Made by a program: the position numbers and the translations under genes
Assembly (NCBI GenBank): GCA_963727805.1
Contig: CAVSHF010000003.1
Coordinates: forward strand, 960,001-1,024,000
Source: an uncultured Nitrospiraceae bacterium
Lineage (GTDB): Bacteria; Nitrospirota; Thermodesulfovibrionia; Thermodesulfovibrionales; Dissulfurispiraceae
DNA length: 64,000 bases
Reading direction: 5' to 3'
Notes under the pieces: model-generated
Told to the model about the DNA's origin: nothing
Database searches by the model: none
Seen by the model: only the letters and a program-made list of their open reading frames with translations
Shown: piece by piece, positions 1 through 9,394 of the stretch
How the letters are laid out: each line of letters starts with the position of its first letter
Numbering within the stretch: the first letter of the stretch is position 1

Positions 1-41
1 ATGAAGCGAAAACGCCGAAAAATAGGCCTCCATTCTCAAAT

Positions 42-162
42 TGGAGAGAGGCAGTGGGAATCGGACCCACTCTCGGTTCATTAATATATGGCAAGCGCTC
101 AATTGCCTTGAACCGTGATGCTGGTTTTGCACACCAGATGAGGCACCAGCCCCATGCCCCCC
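42..162 (-). tRNA. non-canonical tRNA-Cys(GCA)-like RNA with tRNA-Sec-like fold and very long variable arm (copy 1)
   Basis: Minus strand: acceptor GGGGGGCA/TGCCTCTC, D-arm GGGGC-TGGT-GCCTC, anticodon arm CTGGT-GT-GCA-AA-ACCAG, ~50 nt extra arm (CGGTTCA/TGAACCG, GGCAA/TTGCC), T-arm GTGGG-TCCGATT-CCCAC, then T-CCA. Confidence 0.8.
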
Positions 163-340
163 GGAAACAGCTCAGAGTAGAGACGGTCATCTCCTATTAC
201 TTCATCCATACGATGGAAACAGTAGCTTATTTGACCAGATATGGTTTCCGAACCGGAATGGCGAAACTGAAGAGTATTCATATTTTCATTCAATTCGCCT
301 TTATTGATACGTCGTGGGTAGTTGTCTCAGAGAGTGTACT
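163..340 (-). ncRNA. conserved structured leader fused 5' of the tRNA-like domain (copy 1)
   Basis: Colinear and highly similar to 34318-34494; stems GAGAC/GTCTC, GGCGAA/TTCGCC, TTCCG/CGGAA, TCCAT/ATGGA. Confidence 0.6.
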
Positions 341-349
341 ATATTTAAG

Positions 350-373
350 GCCTATGCCTATGCCTATGCCTAT
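350..373. repeat. (GCCTAT)x4 tandem hexamer
   Basis: Four exact units read directly; copy 2 has three degenerate units. Confidence 0.9.
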
Positions 374-397
374 GATAGCCCGGTGGATCATTAGCAG
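372..397 (-). promoter_or_regulatory. putative promoter of the tRNA-like RNA (-10 TATCAT)
   Basis: ctgc-w-aatgatccacc-rr-gctatcatag is conserved with 34521-34546; no good -35. Confidence 0.4.
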
Positions 398-775
398 TTA
401 AATTAATATAGATGATGTCAATATGTAAAATAGATTAATTGAATAGTTTAAACTGGAGTTATAGATTTGTCCCCACAATCTAAAGATGGATGGATGATGA
501 CTGGCTGAGATCCAAGCGTTACATTAAAGTTGCAGATTCGAAATCTACGGGACAGACAGCTTCAAAGAGCCCGCATAGGCCGCATTCAAAATGAATTAAC
601 CGGTGCCCTCTGTCAGCAGGTCGAAAGGCCTTGGCTATTTTATTAGGAAGACCATATTTCTGTAGGAAACCGCACTCGGACTAGCACTCTCCGCATTCAA
701 CGCATTTTTGGCTATCTCAGCCGTCACCGAAAGTGAAGAGATATTCATGTTTGTTCCCCGAGATGTATTCACCTT

Positions 776-1528
776 TTATTTTGCAATCGGCATCCCGGCC
801 TCTTTCCATGAGGCATAAAGGGTCTGGAAGATATTCGGATAAGCAAGTTTCATCAATTTCCGGTACGCTATATAACTCCGACTTCCAGTGTTGCAATAGA
901 CAATAATCTTTTTTCCCTTCGGTAATACATCGGATTTTGACGCAAAAACATCAACTGGAATATTAATTGCCGACGGGATATGTCCTTCATTGAATTCTCC
1001 AGGTTCTCTTACATCGACGAGCACGTAATCTCCTTTATCCTCTTTCAGAAGGCTTTGCACTTGAGCGGGACTCAGCATAATTGTCTCTATTTTTTTGCTG
1101 TAATTGGGGCCTGCAACAAAACACAGATCCTTCTCTTCCCAAACAGGAAATCCTTCACTGTAGACCATGATATTTTTATACCCAGCAATTTCCACCTTTT
1201 GCGCGAGTTTCTTGCTCTTGCCACATTTGATGCCATTACAGTAGATCACTAGAAGGGTATTTTTGTCAGTGGGAAGTTTTGATGAGGCATTTTCAAACTT
1301 ATTCTCTGGAATATTGATTGCATCGACGATGTGTGCATCATCATATTCTTCTTTTGTTCTGGCATCTATGAGGATAAATTCCATTTTTGAATCCATCATT
1401 TCCTTCAGTGCTTCGGTGGTGACGACCTTAGATTCCGCAGCGGCACAGAGCCCAAAAACAAATAAAACACTCATTAACGTCAGGCAGACCAGTACTGCTC
1501 GAAATTTCCGAAATCTTATGGAATCCAT
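776..1528 (-). CDS. exported tandem rhodanese-domain sulfurtransferase
   Basis: Signal peptide; two rhodanese domains (LIDAR..EY..HI; VDVRE..EF..GHIP) with loops CNGIKCGKS and CNTGSRS; RBS GGAGG before MDSIRF. Confidence 0.88.
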   Translation of the reverse strand: MDSIRFRKFRAVLVCLTLMSVLFVFGLCAAAESKVVTTEALKEMMDSKMEFILIDARTKEEYDDAHIVDAINIPENKFENASSKLPTDKNTLLVIYCNGIKCGKSKKLAQKVEIAGYKNIMVYSEGFPVWEEKDLCFVAGPNYSKKIETIMLSPAQVQSLLKEDKGDYVLVDVREPGEFNEGHIPSAINIPVDVFASKSDVLPKGKKIIVYCNTGSRSYIAYRKLMKLAYPNIFQTLYASWKEAGMPIAK

Positions 1529-1876
1529 CGTTCCTCCCTCAGGATTATCTTCAATGGAGAGTACCCGTCCTTTCTCCATCGTTTCATGTTGCTACTCATA
1601 TTTTAGAAGTGATAATGAAAGTAAACGTATAATAGATGCCAAAGCCTTTTGGGCGAACATGCAACCTATTCGGACATGCTGATTACATCCTGCTAACATT
1701 GCCTTGTATTTTGCGCAGTTCGCCTCCAAAATAGGTATAGGGATAAACTGATGATACGCTATTTCAATTCACAGAATACCGAGATAAAGGAATTCAATTA
1801 GCATTCCGGCAAGGTCTTACGGATACTCTGTAAACGTCATCATAAAACACATTTTTCAAAATGCTAAGGAAACAAC

Positions 1877-1907
1877 GGGGAGAGACGAATCGATCAGTCC
1901 CTCCCCC
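1877..1907 (-). terminator. hairpin terminator after the rhodanese gene
   Basis: GGGGAG..CTCCCC inverted repeat followed by a short T-rich tail on the minus strand. Confidence 0.5.
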
Positions 1908-1924
1908 TGCATTGAAAAAGATTT

Positions 1925-2428
1925 TTATTTTACGCTTTCCATAGGATAATCCGCCTCTTTCCAAGCCTTAATCCCACCGGGATGTCGATAGACATTCTTA
2001 TAGCCGAGTTTGATCGCCCACATCGCTGCGTTATGGCTACGGGTGCATTCCGTAAACCCACAATAAAAGACAAGCGTCCGGTTTTTGTCTGGTCCAAGGA
2101 GTTTCTCGAACTCGGTCTTCTTATTCTCATCCAACACGGTCACTTCCGGGATCGGGAACTCGAACTGGACGGCTCCCAATATATGATTTTTTTTATAGCT
2201 TGCCTCATATGGCATGGTATCGACAATGAACATGTCCTTCTTTTGGTCAATCCAGGTCTTTAATTCCTCAGTGGTAACTATTTTATATCCGCCTCGTTCC
2301 AGTTCGTGGGCGAAGTTCACAGCGACCTTTTCGGTTTCAAGGTCTTTGTTGCCCAATGAATAGGCACTCGGTGAAAAAGAGAGAACCAGCAAAAAAACAA
2401 ATAGACAAAATAGTGTCTTCTTCGGCAT
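1925..2428 (-). CDS. exported single-domain rhodanese-like protein
   Basis: Signal peptide; VDTMP..SY..HI; loop CGFTECTRS; C-terminal PGGIKAW; RBS AAGGAG before MPKK. Confidence 0.88.
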   Translation of the reverse strand: MPKKTLFCLFVFLLVLSFSPSAYSLGNKDLETEKVAVNFAHELERGGYKIVTTEELKTWIDQKKDMFIVDTMPYEASYKKNHILGAVQFEFPIPEVTVLDENKKTEFEKLLGPDKNRTLVFYCGFTECTRSHNAAMWAIKLGYKNVYRHPGGIKAWKEADYPMESVK

Positions 2429-2596
2429 CGTTACATACTCCTTTAGTTTAGTTAATAGATTGGATTGAGCCAAGTCCATTGCCGCTGCTGCGGTGTGTAT
2501 ATTATGATACGATTTAAGGCAGACCAGGTCTAATAGATAATGGGCTTGCTTGCTCTGTTATTGATTGGAATTACCTATCGAAGCCAATCCACTAGA

Positions 2597-2762
2597 TGGA
2601 GAGAGTGAAGGGGACATACGGGAGTGGCTCTCAGCCTCGTCATCTGAAGTGTTGAAACCAACTAAGAGATTGGAATCCTGAGAAGGACTGAGTGCTTACA
2701 GTGCGCCCAACAGATCTGACGGACCAATTTTAGCCGCTCAGCCACACGTGAGAGAGAGTCCA
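2597..2762 (+). ncRNA. candidate structured RNA
   Basis: Nested stems GAGTGGCT/AGCCGCTC and CGTCA-TCTG/CAGA-TC-TGACG enclose small hairpins; a G-U pair favours the + strand. Confidence 0.4.
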
Positions 2763-2797
2763 GTTAATGTTTTTTACCGGAAGAATTTCATTCTTTG

Positions 2798-3394
2798 TTA
2801 CCAGCCAGACATCTGTCGAGGGAAGTAATTTCCATAGCGAAGCTCTCTCAGCAGATCGTTCATGCCATGAATATCTTTATCGAACACAGTCACGATTTTC
2901 CCTACCTCTTCCAGAGTATGGGCATCACTGCCTCCGACCTGCTTTATTCCGTTACCCTGTCTATTCAGCCATTCATTGCACAAACCGTTCTCGGCAGGGT
3001 GATTTCTCCCGTTTAGCCCCTCAACAATTTGAGAGTTTTGAAGAACGCTTGTCAGAACTGGCCTGTTGTGACGGAAAGGATGGGCCGGAATCGCAACTCC
3101 GTCTTCTCTTTGAACCCACGGAAGAAGCTCATCGGCATCCATGTGGTGTGGAATACGATCAAAAGGTCCAAATACCAGAAAGTCCCCCTTTGGTGTTGTA
3201 TATTCCATGCCGACAATAACACATATCCCATATCTATCAGCGATACTTTCGAATACTGATTTTGAAGCTACAGAATCATGATCTGTTATGCAAATTCCGT
3301 GTAGGCCGACATCGCTTGCTCTTCTTAGGAGTTGAGGGATATCGATTATACTGCAAGGCGAAAAGTGAGTATGGATATGCATATCTATAACCAT
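2798..3394 (-). CDS. PHP-domain metal-dependent phosphoesterase
   Basis: DMHIHT, ITDHD, AHPFR and GGSDAH motifs. Confidence 0.9.
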   Translation of the reverse strand: MVIDMHIHTHFSPCSIIDIPQLLRRASDVGLHGICITDHDSVASKSVFESIADRYGICVIVGMEYTTPKGDFLVFGPFDRIPHHMDADELLPWVQREDGVAIPAHPFRHNRPVLTSVLQNSQIVEGLNGRNHPAENGLCNEWLNRQGNGIKQVGGSDAHTLEEVGKIVTVFDKDIHGMNDLLRELRYGNYFPRQMSGW

Positions 3395-3513
3395 ACTTTA
3401 ATACTAGCCCCCCGGTCTTATTCAGTCAAATAGGTACTATCAATGGAAGAAGTAAATTCTATCGCTCAAATCTATTCGCCGGAGGTGAAAGGTAATGGTA
3501 TGATAGAAATCAA

Positions 3514-4812
3514 ATGCGCTGCATATTAGTAATTCTTGACGGCATTGGCGATAGGGGACAGGTCTGCTTTGATGGCAAGACTCCCCTTGATGCTGCATAC
3601 ACGCCTAACATGGATCATCTCGCCTCTATAGGGATGAATGGCCTGTATCATAGTCTGGCGCAGGGCATTCCAATGTCAAGCGAAACCGCTCATTTTTTAA
3701 TCTTTGGCAATGATATCGAGGACTTTCCCGGAAGGGGTGTTATTGAGGCCATAGGTGAGGGGATTCCTGTCGAAAATACGGATGTTGCAATACTGTGCCA
3801 TTTGTGCTCTGTTGACAAAAAAGATAATTGTCTCATCCTAACCCATGGGCGCCCCGAAAGCCATGACGAAGTACTTATGGCATTGAAAGAAGAGATAAGG
3901 ACATTTGAAGCTGAGGGGATAGAGATCCAACTCGTACATTCCAGAAAGATCGATGGCTTTCTTATGTTAAAAGGAGATGTATCGGCGGATATAACCGATT
4001 CCGACCCTATATACGAAGGGAAGCGGGTTATTGAGGTTATGCCGACGCTTCGACAAACGATCACGAGAGCATCAGAAAAAACTGCGGCAGTATTAAATCG
4101 ATATCTGATCTGGTCTCATCAAAAGCTCTCTGCTCATCCCACCAATATGGATAGAATTGCAGGTGGCCTCCTACCCATGAACGCTCTTGTTACTCAAAGA
4201 GCAGGTAAAAAAAGAGAATTGGCATCTTTCACGAAGAAATGGGGGCTTCGGGGCCTCTCAATCTCTTCTGGTCCCATCTATTGGGGGTTATGCAGTGAAT
4301 TGGGGATAGAAACCGTAAAAGTCCGAGACACAGGAAATATTGAAGAAGACTTGAAATACCGTCTCCGCGTCGCCAAGGATGCCAAGAATTATGATTTCAT
4401 CCATGTCCACACGAAGATGCCTGACGAGGCTGGTCATACAAAAAACCCTCAGTACAAGAAAGAAGTCATTGAAGCTATCGATCGAGCGATGTCTGTTGCT
4501 ATCAGTGAAATCATACCAGATAATGAAGTCTTGCTTGTTGTTACCGCAGATCATTCTACGGCAAGCTCGGGTATTATGATACACACAGGTGAGACGGTAC
4601 CACTGACCATGGTCGGCAAATATGTGAGAAGGGATAAGGTCGGAGAATTTAATGAAGTCAGTTGCGCAAGCGGAGCGTTGGGAATTGTAAAAGGGAAGGA
4701 ATTGATGTACCTCATTCTTAATTTTCTTGACAGGATAAAAATGTATGGACTTATGGATACACCCGTCGATCAGCCATACTATCCTGGGAATTATAAGCCG
4801 TTGACACTGTAA
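3514..4812 (+). CDS. apgM: archaeal-type cofactor-independent phosphoglycerate mutase-like metalloenzyme
   Basis: LDGIGDR, TPNMD, SETAH, PGRG..EA.G, KMPDEAGH and TADHST motifs. Confidence 0.8.
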   Translation: MRCILVILDGIGDRGQVCFDGKTPLDAAYTPNMDHLASIGMNGLYHSLAQGIPMSSETAHFLIFGNDIEDFPGRGVIEAIGEGIPVENTDVAILCHLCSVDKKDNCLILTHGRPESHDEVLMALKEEIRTFEAEGIEIQLVHSRKIDGFLMLKGDVSADITDSDPIYEGKRVIEVMPTLRQTITRASEKTAAVLNRYLIWSHQKLSAHPTNMDRIAGGLLPMNALVTQRAGKKRELASFTKKWGLRGLSISSGPIYWGLCSELGIETVKVRDTGNIEEDLKYRLRVAKDAKNYDFIHVHTKMPDEAGHTKNPQYKKEVIEAIDRAMSVAISEIIPDNEVLLVVTADHSTASSGIMIHTGETVPLTMVGKYVRRDKVGEFNEVSCASGALGIVKGKELMYLILNFLDRIKMYGLMDTPVDQPYYPGNYKPLTL

Positions 4813-4816
4813 TCAT

Positions 4817-5641
4817 ATGGAGAAAAGGCTTCTCGATATTTTGGCCACCAAGCCAACACTTGTCTTTAATTTCCCCGAGTGGATGCTCCCTGCGGCAATG
4901 ATTGATGAGATCCTAGAGACAGCGGATACTATCATAGTTGAAATGGCGGGAAGGGATAGCATTGCAGCGGCAATAAAGGCAACCAGTATGATCTCGGTCA
5001 AAGCGGTCATCCCCACTATAGCCTACTCCGGCACAGAATTCGGAAGCTGGGAGATACTGCTAAAAAAAACCGCCTTTCTCAAAGAGAGGCTAAAAAGTTT
5101 CGACATTAAGGTTTTTGACCCCGTCTTTTTGGGTGATGCCAGACTCTGGCGAGTGCTCTGCGGAAGATATACGACTCATCTTTTCAAGCGTTTCGGCTTT
5201 TATACGCCCTGTGTGGGTTGCCATTTATATCTTCATGTCTTAAGAATACCCCTGGCGAAAATGTTGGGCTGCAAGAAGGTCATCGGCGGAGAACGCGAAA
5301 CTCATGACGGCAAAATCAAACTCAATCAAATCAGCATTGCCCTTGATGCATATATCGACCTGCTCCAGAATTTCGGCATAGAACTCATTTTGCCGCTCAG
5401 GCACGTCAAATCAGGTAACGATGTAGAGTCAATTATAGGACAACATTGGGAGGAAGGAGGGGAACAAATGCAGTGTATCATGAGTAATAATTATCGAGAG
5501 GTTGATGGTTCCGCAGTCTATGTAGAAAACTCCATGAAAAGATACTTCGATGAGTTTGCATTAAATATTGCTGAAAGAGCGATACGTAGTTATCTTGAGA
5601 AAAAGACACCTGAATATGAAAAGCTGATTCAGTCTCCTTAA
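4817..5641 (+). CDS. uncharacterised PP-loop-like (adenine nucleotide alpha-hydrolase fold) protein with CxxC
   Basis: IVEMAGRDS resembles SGGxDS; PCVGCH and a C-terminal Cys; starts 4 nt after the upstream gene. Confidence 0.6.
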   Translation: MEKRLLDILATKPTLVFNFPEWMLPAAMIDEILETADTIIVEMAGRDSIAAAIKATSMISVKAVIPTIAYSGTEFGSWEILLKKTAFLKERLKSFDIKVFDPVFLGDARLWRVLCGRYTTHLFKRFGFYTPCVGCHLYLHVLRIPLAKMLGCKKVIGGERETHDGKIKLNQISIALDAYIDLLQNFGIELILPLRHVKSGNDVESIIGQHWEEGGEQMQCIMSNNYREVDGSAVYVENSMKRYFDEFALNIAERAIRSYLEKKTPEYEKLIQSP

Positions 5642-5820
5642 TTTGCATGTTACATGCGCGCACTACCTTGATCACATGCCAAATGTGCTTATTGACAGTG
5701 TCTTTCTTTCCCATGCCTCTCACACTCCTTCAGTCCGAAGGCCGTATAAGTGTGGGGGGATGGCTGCACATCTGCCACCCCCTCCTTGTTATGCCCTTCT
5801 ATCCGGGCATGCACGAAGAA

Positions 5821-6381
5821 TTACTTAGTAGCCGATTCCGTCTTAGACTGCAGTTTTGAGATAACTTTTTGCATGCGAAGCTTGGACTTTGCAAGTCTTC
5901 CCTGAACCACGGCCTGCTGGTCTGGTGTAAGTATCGGCATCACCTGGCTGAAGACTTTTGCGCGTGAAATGGCCATCTTCTCCTGTGCTGCTGAAACATC
6001 TCCGAATGCTTTCTGCACGGCGGATTGATCAAATGTTGAGCTAGTCGTGGCCATCATCAGGTTCTGTCTCGCTTGGAGAACTGCAATTCTGCCCTCGATA
6101 AACTCCTTGTGATGACCTTTCATAATGCCTTTGACCTGCTCTTTTTGGGCCGATGTAAGATTGAGCCCCTTGAACATCTTCCACTCGTGATGTCCGCAAC
6201 GCCCACCATGTTTATGGTGTTTGCCATACTTTCCATCCATGCCATGTTTACCCTGTTCTACATGCCTCTGCCCACCATCGCGGTCACCCTCCGCATACAC
6301 ATTGGAAACCATGCTGCCTCCCAGCAGCATGGTTAGCGACACTGCTGCAGCCAATGCAGAAAAACGACTTAACCCCTTCAT
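5821..6381 (-). CDS. Spy/CpxP-family periplasmic chaperone with His-rich N-terminus
   Basis: Signal peptide; LNLTSAQ and ILTPDQ (LTxxQ) motifs; RBS AGGAGG. Confidence 0.85.
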   Translation of the reverse strand: MKGLSRFSALAAAVSLTMLLGGSMVSNVYAEGDRDGGQRHVEQGKHGMDGKYGKHHKHGGRCGHHEWKMFKGLNLTSAQKEQVKGIMKGHHKEFIEGRIAVLQARQNLMMATTSSTFDQSAVQKAFGDVSAAQEKMAISRAKVFSQVMPILTPDQQAVVQGRLAKSKLRMQKVISKLQSKTESATK

Positions 6382-6888
6382 TACATTTCCTCCTTTGAAA
6401 GTTTATCTTCTATAACTTATAGACGAGCAAGATTATCAAAAGGTTACAAGTATGAAGATATTGACCAACAGGAATAGAGTATTTTACGAAACTGTTGAAA
6501 TGTTGGGGTTAATGTTTGGGGTGCTGAAAGTTCCAGCACTGAATAATGCGGAACTCTAACCGTGCGTTAGCAAACATGAGCCCTATACGGTTTGTATTCT
6601 GTGTGGCGGAAGACTATTGGATAGTTTCCGCCTTCACAGAAAAGCTACCACAACCTTAAGCACATTCACACTTAAGCCGCTGGCGCTGCCTTTGAGCCTT
6701 AGTCTTCAATCTCGTCAAATTATGATCATTCCTTCAGTAGATCAATCGGTCTGTTGCCAATTTACTAGTCTTTGTAACCTTTTATATCTCAGCATCGTCT
6801 ATCTACAGGGAGATAAGATCTGAAGTAATCGAAAAAGAACTGCTTCAAAATGAATATTCTGACATAAGTCATTGAGCTGAGAAAGACT

Positions 6889-7728
6889 TTGAAACGATTT
6901 GTAATTATTTCAATCATTTTTCACACTTTAATTATCGTTATTGCCCTTTTTCTAATATCAAATAAAAGACAAGAGGAGCAAAAGCCTTTTATTGCGCGGA
7001 TTGTTACACCGGAAGAATTGAGCAATGAAGGGAAGAAAGAGAATACTGCTGTACTGAAAAAAGACAGAAACAGCAAAAGCGATCACAACATCAGGATACA
7101 CAGCATGAAAAGAGAAGCCCCGAAAGTTTTGTCGGCTATCCCCGCAAGTCCTTCGGCAAAAGAGTCTCCTCTTGGACCGCCTGCTTTAGCGAGAGAACTA
7201 CCTTCAAAGGGCGGAGGGATGAAATCACTCCCTGATTTGGGGGGCGCGAAAGAATACAGAGAAGAGAGCGGCGCACAACGCTCTGGAAAAGAGCTGCAGC
7301 CCGGAGCCCAGCAATCCCCAATGAGGGAACGGCTTTTTGACCGGGACATTATCGCGAAATTGTCTAAACAGGATCAGGAGGGTGTACAGAATGGCAGTTC
7401 AATTACTTTCGATACTGAAGAATTTAAATATTACGGATACATGCAACGCCTGAAAGAAAAGATAGAAAGCGTATGGAAATATCCTCCTGATGCTGCTGCA
7501 CGGGGAGAGTATGGCGATCTGTATATACAGTTTACGATCAAGAAAAATGGGAAGATCGGGGCAGTGGAATTAGTCAAAACATCGGGGCATCCCAACCTCG
7601 ACGCCGCGGCGATAATAGCGCTAAAAAATGCGGATCCCTATTGGCCGCTTCCCGATGCCATGGGTAAGGACAGTCTGACAATCACCGGTCATTTTATCTA
7701 TGTCAATGGAGGATACTACATCAGATAA
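6889..7728 (+). CDS. TonB-family energy transducer
   Basis: N-terminal TM with S..H; linker; TonB_C domain (WKYPPDAA..G, TSGHPNLD). Confidence 0.85.
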   Translation: MKRFVIISIIFHTLIIVIALFLISNKRQEEQKPFIARIVTPEELSNEGKKENTAVLKKDRNSKSDHNIRIHSMKREAPKVLSAIPASPSAKESPLGPPALARELPSKGGGMKSLPDLGGAKEYREESGAQRSGKELQPGAQQSPMRERLFDRDIIAKLSKQDQEGVQNGSSITFDTEEFKYYGYMQRLKEKIESVWKYPPDAAARGEYGDLYIQFTIKKNGKIGAVELVKTSGHPNLDAAAIIALKNADPYWPLPDAMGKDSLTITGHFIYVNGGYYIR

Positions 7729-7863
7729 CAATTCAAGCACCCTCAGCAGTGAAATACCTTGTGCCAACGGAGTGACTGTTTATTATCGTAAGAGGAACTG
7801 CCACAACACACTGTCAGATTAAACTTATCAGTTTTTGCATTGCTCTATTTTTAAGGAGGTCAG

Positions 7864-8493
7864 ATGGAACAGTCAGCTTTACAAATGATTTTACAGGCGG
7901 GATACGTCGTCAAGTGCGTACTGATCATTCTGTTGATGTTTTCAATTACATCATGGACGATCATATTCTATAAATGGCGGCTCTTCGCAAAAGCGGACGA
8001 TGAGAATGCCACTTTTATGAAGATCTATAATGTGTCAAAGAGTCCGAAGGATCTCTACACATCATCAAAGAAGCTCGAACTGAGCCCCCTTGCACGACTC
8101 TTCAAGTCGGTCTACTCTGAAAAGGCCTATACTGACAAGCAGGAGCTGCGGAGGATGCTCAAGAGATACGGGGCGCTCGAGTCGGCGCGGCTTGAGCGGT
8201 ACCTTAACTTCCTCGCTACAACAGGTACGACTACTCCCTTTATCGGTCTCTTCGGAACAGTGTGGGGGATAATGAATGCCTTCACTGGCATAGGAACTGC
8301 AGGATCAGCATCACTCGCTGTAGTCGCCCCGGGAATCGCCGAAGCCCTTGTCACTACGGCGATGGGTCTTGCTGCGGCCATCCCCGCCGTAATTGCCTAC
8401 AATTACAACCTGAGTCGGGTGAATCGTATGATCATCAACATGGATGACTATTCCGAGGAGCTCGTTGACTACATTCTCGGTACCGGCTTATGA
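7864..8493 (+). CDS. tolQ: TolQ/ExbB proton channel
   Basis: FLATTG..TPFIGLFGTVWGIM; VAPGIAEALVTTAMGLAAAIPAV. Confidence 0.9.
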   Translation: MEQSALQMILQAGYVVKCVLIILLMFSITSWTIIFYKWRLFAKADDENATFMKIYNVSKSPKDLYTSSKKLELSPLARLFKSVYSEKAYTDKQELRRMLKRYGALESARLERYLNFLATTGTTTPFIGLFGTVWGIMNAFTGIGTAGSASLAVVAPGIAEALVTTAMGLAAAIPAVIAYNYNLSRVNRMIINMDDYSEELVDYILGTGL

Positions 8494-8891
8494 AAACCGG
8501 CCACAACAGAACCGCTTTGTCTGAAATCAACGTGACCCCCTTGGTCGACGTCATGCTGGTCTTGCTGATTATTTTCATGGTGACGGCACCTCTGATGCAG
8601 CAAGGAATAGATGTTAATCTGCCCAAGGCCAAAGGTAAAGAGCTGCCTCCCGAAGAGAGAATTACGATTATCGTCAAGAATGGTGGAGTGATCTTTCTGA
8701 ATGATAATCCAATATCGAAACAGGATATGACAAATAAGCTCTCTGCTATCAGCAAGCTCAGCCCGAATGTATTCCTAAAGGCGGACCAGGACGTTCCGTA
8801 TGGGACTGTCGTCGAGATTATGGGTGACATAAAAGATGCGGGGATAGAAAGACTTGGGATGATCACTGAGCCAAAGATTTCATTGAAATGA
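8490..8891 (+). CDS. tolR: TolR/ExbD
   Basis: EINVTPLVDVMLVLLIIFMVTAP; ATGA overlap with tolQ. Confidence 0.9.
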   Translation: MKTGHNRTALSEINVTPLVDVMLVLLIIFMVTAPLMQQGIDVNLPKAKGKELPPEERITIIVKNGGVIFLNDNPISKQDMTNKLSAISKLSPNVFLKADQDVPYGTVVEIMGDIKDAGIERLGMITEPKISLK

Positions 8892-9242
8892 GAACGGGGA
8901 TGTTTGAATCAGCAGGCTTCGAAATGGCGGATGTGTGAAGAACTCGATGTATTGACGCGCCTCCGGTTGATAGACTAGATTTTGAGGCTTGGCAAAGATC
9001 TCTTATACAACCCCCATTAAAAACACTAAGCACATAGTAACCTGTCGCCGGACCCGACCGTCTTTTGATTTAAAAAGGATGAAAACGTGAGCAGCTGATG
9101 TTGAAATTTAAACGCCGATTAGGACATGTTGCGCCGGCAGCCTTTGACATAGCAATCACTGTCAACAGGATAATCCTGTTCGCTTATTTTAATCTCACAT
9201 ATCGCTTTCATCGTCTTGGTACTTGATAAAGGAGGAGATTAC

Positions 9243-9359
9243 ATGAAGAGATTGAGCGGCGCAGTAATTGCCTTTTTGGTGTTGGCGATAGTAGCAATCG
9301 GGGGGTTGGCATATGAACTTATATGTTTCTATAGGCAGGTCATGGGCCTCAATATGTGA
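9243..9359 (+). CDS. 38-aa single-TM small protein
   Basis: RBS AAGGAGG, then MKRLSGAVIAFLVLAIVAIGGLAYELICFYRQVMGLNM; below the ORF-track cutoff. Confidence 0.55.
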   Translation: MKRLSGAVIAFLVLAIVAIGGLAYELICFYRQVMGLNM

Positions 9360-9394
9360 AGATGATTTGCCAGAGATTTTAACGTATTTCTCGT

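Noticed and set aside
2701..2720. Group II intron 5' end (GTGCGCCC)
   Set aside because: No domain V/VI or RT ORF follows
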